Of a stretch of DNA of 64,000 nucleotides, positions 59,759 through 64,000 are shown piece after piece (within the stretch, counting starts at the first letter, position 1; each line of letters starts with the position of its first letter). Below the pieces are notes generated by a model. The model was not told where the DNA came from. It did not search any database and saw only the letters and a list, made by a program, of their open reading frames with translations. The stretch comes from Lepidodermella squamata. Its lineage: Eukaryota > Animalia > Gastrotricha. A program made the position numbers and the translations under genes. Where the stretch lies: assembly GCA_047495785.1 (NCBI GenBank), contig JBLDXI010000007.1, forward strand, positions 4,588,001 to 4,652,000. The letters are read 5' to 3'.

Positions 59759-62700
59759 TTCGCGCTTCATTCGTTAGTGGCAACAAGCGCTACCACGTTT
59801 GCAAGCATTCCGCTGACATTTCGGATGACCGATATTTCGCTGCCAGCAAAACAGGCTGAAATCGCAGTTTCAACCCTTGTACGTTGCGCAGCTCATCGGC
59901 ATCGTGCCGAATCCGGGCGAACCATGCATATTCGCGCTTCATTCGTTAGTGGCAACAAGCGCTACCACGTTTGCAGGCGATCCGCTGACATTTCGGATGA
60001 CCGATATTTCGCTGCCAGCCAAAACAGGCTGAAATCGCAGTTTCAACCCTTGTACGTTGCGCAGCTCATCGGCATCGTGCCGAATCCGGGCAAACCATGC
60101 ATAATCGCGCTTCATTCGTTAGTGGCAACAAGCGCTACCACGTTTTGCAGGCGATCCGCTGACATTTCGGATGACCGATATTTCGCTGCCAGCCAAAACA
60201 GGCTGAAATCGCAGTTTCAACCCTTGTACGTTGCGCAGCTCATCGGCATCGTGCCGAATCCGGGCAAACCATGCATAATCGCGCTTCATTCGTTAGTGGC
60301 AACAAGCGCTACCACGTTTGCAGGCGATCCGCTGACATTTCGGATGACCGATATTTCGCTGCCAGCCAAAACAGGCTGAAAGCGCAGTTTCAACCCTTGT
60401 ACGTTGCGCAGCTCATCGGCATCGTGCCGAATCCGGGCGAACCATGCATATTCGCGCTTCATTCGTTAGTGGCAACAAGCGCTACCACGTTTGCAAGCAT
60501 TCCGCTGACATTTCGGATGACCGATATTTCGCTGCCAGCCAAAACAGGCTGAAATCGCAGTTTCAACCCTTGTACGTTGCGCAGCTCATCGGCATCGTGC
60601 CGAATTCGGGCGAACCATGCATATTCGCGCTTCATTCGTTAGTGGCAACAAGCGCTACCACGTTTGCAGGCGATCCGCTGACATTTCGGATGACCGATAT
60701 TTCGCTGCCAGCCAAAACAGGCTGAAATCGCAGTTTCAACCCTTGTACGTTGCGCAGCTCATCGGCATCGTGCCGAATCCGGGCAAACCATGCATATTCG
60801 CGCTTCATTCGTTAGTGGCAACAAGCGCTACCACGTTTGCAGGCGATCCGCTGACATTTCGGATGACCGATATTTCGCTGCCAGCCAGAACAGGCTGAAA
60901 TCGCAGTTTCAACCCTTGTACGTTGCGCAGCTCATCGGCATCGTGCCGAATCCGGGCGAACCATGCATATTCGCGCTTCATTCGTTAGTGGCAACAAGCG
61001 CTACCACGTTTGCAGGCGATCCGCTGACATTTCGGATGACCGATATTTCGCTGCCAGCCAAAACAGGCTGAAATCGCAGTTTCAACCCATGTACGTTGCG
61101 CAGCTCATCGGCATCGTGCCGAATCCGGGCGAACCATGCATATTCGCGCTTCATTCGTTAGTGGCAACAAGCGCTACCACGTTTGCAAGCATTCCGCTGA
61201 CATTTCGGATGACCGATATTTCGCTGCCAGCCAAAACAGGCTGAAATCGCAGTTTCAACCCTTGTACGTTGCGCAGCTCATCGGCATCGTGCCGAATCCG
61301 GGCAAACCATGCATATTCGCGCTTCATTCGTTAGTGGCAACAAGCGCTACCACGTTTGCAGGCGATCCGCTGACATTTCGGATGACCGATATTTCGCTGC
61401 CAGCCAGAACAGGCTGAAATCGCAGTTTCAACCCATGTACGTTGCGCAGCTCATCGGCATCGTGCCGAATCCGGGCGAACCATGCATATTCGCGCTTCAT
61501 TCGTTAGTGGCAACAAGCGCTACCACGTTTGCAAGCATTCCGCTGACATTTCGGATGACCGATATTTCGCTGCCAGCCAAAACAGGCTGAAATCGCAGTT
61601 TCAACCCTTGTACGTTGCGCAGCTCATCGGCATCGTGCCGAATCCGGGCAAACCATGCATATTCGCGCTTCATTCGTTAGTGGCAACAAGCGCTACCACG
61701 TTTGCAGGCGATCCGCTGACATTTCGGATGACCGATATTTCGCTGCCAGCCAGAACAGGCTGAAATCGCAGTTTCAACCCTTGTACGTTGCGCAGCTCAT
61801 CGGCATCGTGCCGAATCCTGGCGAACCATGCATATTCGCGCTTCATTCGTTAGTGGCAACAAGCGCTACCACGTTTCAGGCGATCCGCTGACATTTCGGA
61901 TGACCGATATTTCGCTGCCAGCCAAAACAGGCTGAAATCGCAGTTTCAACCCATGTACGTTGCGCAGCTCATCGGCATCGTGCCGAATCCGGGCGAACCA
62001 TGCATATTCGCGCTTCATTCGTTAGTGGCAACAAGCGCTACCACGTTTGCAAGCATTCCGCTGACATTTCGGATGACCGATATTTCGCTGCCAGCCAAAA
62101 CAGGCTGAAATCGCAGTTTCAACCCTTGTACGTTGCGCAGCTCATCGGCATCGTGCCGAATCCGGGCGAACCATGCATATTCGCGCTTCATTCGTTAGTG
62201 GCAACAAGCGCTACCACGTTTGCAAGCATTCCGCTGACATTTCGGATGACCGATATTTCGCTGCCAGCCAAAACAGGCTGAAATCGCAGTTTCAACCCTT
62301 GTACGTTGCGCAGCTCATCGGCATCGTGCCGAATCCGGGCGAACCATGCATATTCGCGCTTCATTCGTTAGTGGCAACAAGCGCTACCACGTTTGCAGGC
62401 GATCCGCTGACATTTCGGATGACCGATATTTCGCTGCCAGCCAAAACAGGCTGAAATCGCAGTTTCAACCCTTGTACGTTGCGCAGCTCATCGGCATCGT
62501 GCCGAATCCGGGCGAACCATGCATATTCGCGCTTCATTCGTTAGTGGCAACAAGCGCTACCACGTTTGCAGGCGATCCGCTGACATTTCGGATGACCGAT
62601 ATTTCGCTGCCAGCCAAAACAGGCTGAAATCGCAGTTTCAACCCTTGTACGTTGCGCAGCTCATCGGCATCGTGCCGAATCCGGGCGAACCATGCATATT

Positions 62701-64000
62701 CGCGCTTCATTCGTTAGTGACAACAAGCGCTACCACGTTTGCAAGCATTCCGCTGACATTTCGGATGACCGATATTTCGCTGCCAGCCAAAACAGGCTGA
62801 AATCGCAGTTTCAACCCTTGTACGTTGCGCAGCTCATCGGCATCGTGCCTAATCCGGGCGAACCATGCATATTCGCGCTTCATTCGTTAGTGGCAACAAG
62901 CGCTACCACGTTTGCAGGCGATCCGCTGACATTTCGGATGACCGATATTTCGCTGCCAGCCAAAACAGGCTGAAATCGCAGTATCAACCCTTGTACGTTG
63001 CGCAGCTCATCAGCATCGTGCCGAATTCGGGCGAACCATGCATATTCGCGCTTCAATCGTTAGTGGCAACAAGCGCTACCACGTTTGCAAGCATTCCGCT
63101 GACATTTCGGATGACCGATATTTCGCTGCCAGCCAAAACAGGCTGAAATCGCAGTTTCAACCCTTGTACGTTGCGCAGCTCATCGGCATCGTGCCTAATC
63201 CGGGCGAACCATGCATATTCGCGCTTCATTCGTTAGTGGCAACAAGCGCTACCACGTTTGCAGGCGATCCGCTGACATTTCGGATGACCGATATTTCGCT
63301 GCCAGCCAAAACAGGCTGAAATCGCAGTATCAACCCTTGTACGTTGCGCAGCTCATCGGCATCGTGCCGAATCCGGGCGAACCATGCATATTCGCGCTTC
63401 ATTCGTTAGTGGCAACAAGCGCTACCACGTTTGCAAGCATTCCGCTGACATTTCGGATGACCGATATTTCGCTGCCAGCCAGAACAGGCTGAAATCGCAG
63501 TTTCAACCCTTGTACGTTGCGCAGCTCATCGGCATCGTGCCGAATCCGGGCGAACCATGCATATTCGCGCTTCATTCGTTAGTGGCAACAAGCGCTACCA
63601 CGTTTGCAGGCGATCCGCTGACATTTCGGATGACCGATATTTCGCTGCCAGCCAAAACAGGCTGAAATCGCAGTTTCAACCCATGTACGTTGCGCAGCTC
63701 ATCGGCATCGTGCCGAATCCGGGCGAACCATGCATATTCGCGCTTCATTCGTTAGTGGCAACAAGCGCTACCACGTTTGCAAGCATTCCGCTGACATTTC
63801 GGATGACCGATATTTCGCTGCCAGCCAAAACAGGATGAAATCGCAGTTTCAACCCTTGTACGTTGCGCAGCTCATCGGCATCGTGCCGAATCCGGGCGAA
63901 CCATGCGTATTCGCGCTTCATTCGTTAGTGGCAACAAGCGCTACCACGTTTGCAGGCGATCCGCTGACATTTCGGATGACCGATATTTCGCTGCCAGCCA
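59759..64000 (-). repeat. Same 173-bp satellite in inverted orientation, ~24.5 monomers, running off the window
   Basis: Reverse complement of the monomer. Its variant order mirrors 58192 down to ~53950. Confidence 0.99.

Noticed and set aside
53074-63838. Dozens of near-identical 93-aa ORFs
   Set aside because: They are a by-product of the 173-bp period (not divisible by 3), overlap each other, and show no protein features.
53021-64000. CRISPR array or hammerhead-ribozyme satellite (CCGATGAG...GAAAC; one copy has CTGATGAG)
   Set aside because: There are no unique spacers or cas genes. The consensus lacks the CUGAUGA core, and stems II and III cannot pair.

Overview
This window is eukaryotic DNA, most likely from a compact invertebrate genome: introns are mostly 50-80 nt GT-AG, exons are GC3-rich, and the tRNAs are metazoan-type. 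From left to right it holds: (1) two tandem Cys-loop (pentameric ligand-gated) ion-channel genes with an unusual architecture of signal peptide, putative L-type/ConA-like lectin domain, long Ser/Thr mucin stalk, LGIC extracellular domain and 4 TMs with a very short M3-M4 loop; (2) three intronless pancreatic-lipase-family genes, each with a polybasic furin-like site in an enlarged lid, with two small 4-TM orphan paralogs between lipases 1 and 2; (3) orphan proprotein genes with dibasic sites; (4) six tandem PAN/apple-like + trypsin serine-protease genes; (5) an ankyrin-repeat gene; (6) a 1.3-kb cassette in which ~110-130-bp inverted repeats enclose 4 intact tRNA genes and several tRNA relics; (7) an 11-kb 173-bp satellite array containing an inverted duplication joined at a 5-bp microhomology. 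MITE-like TIR elements and RTE-type LINE fragments are interspersed. Gene models were spliced by eye and need RNA-seq confirmation.
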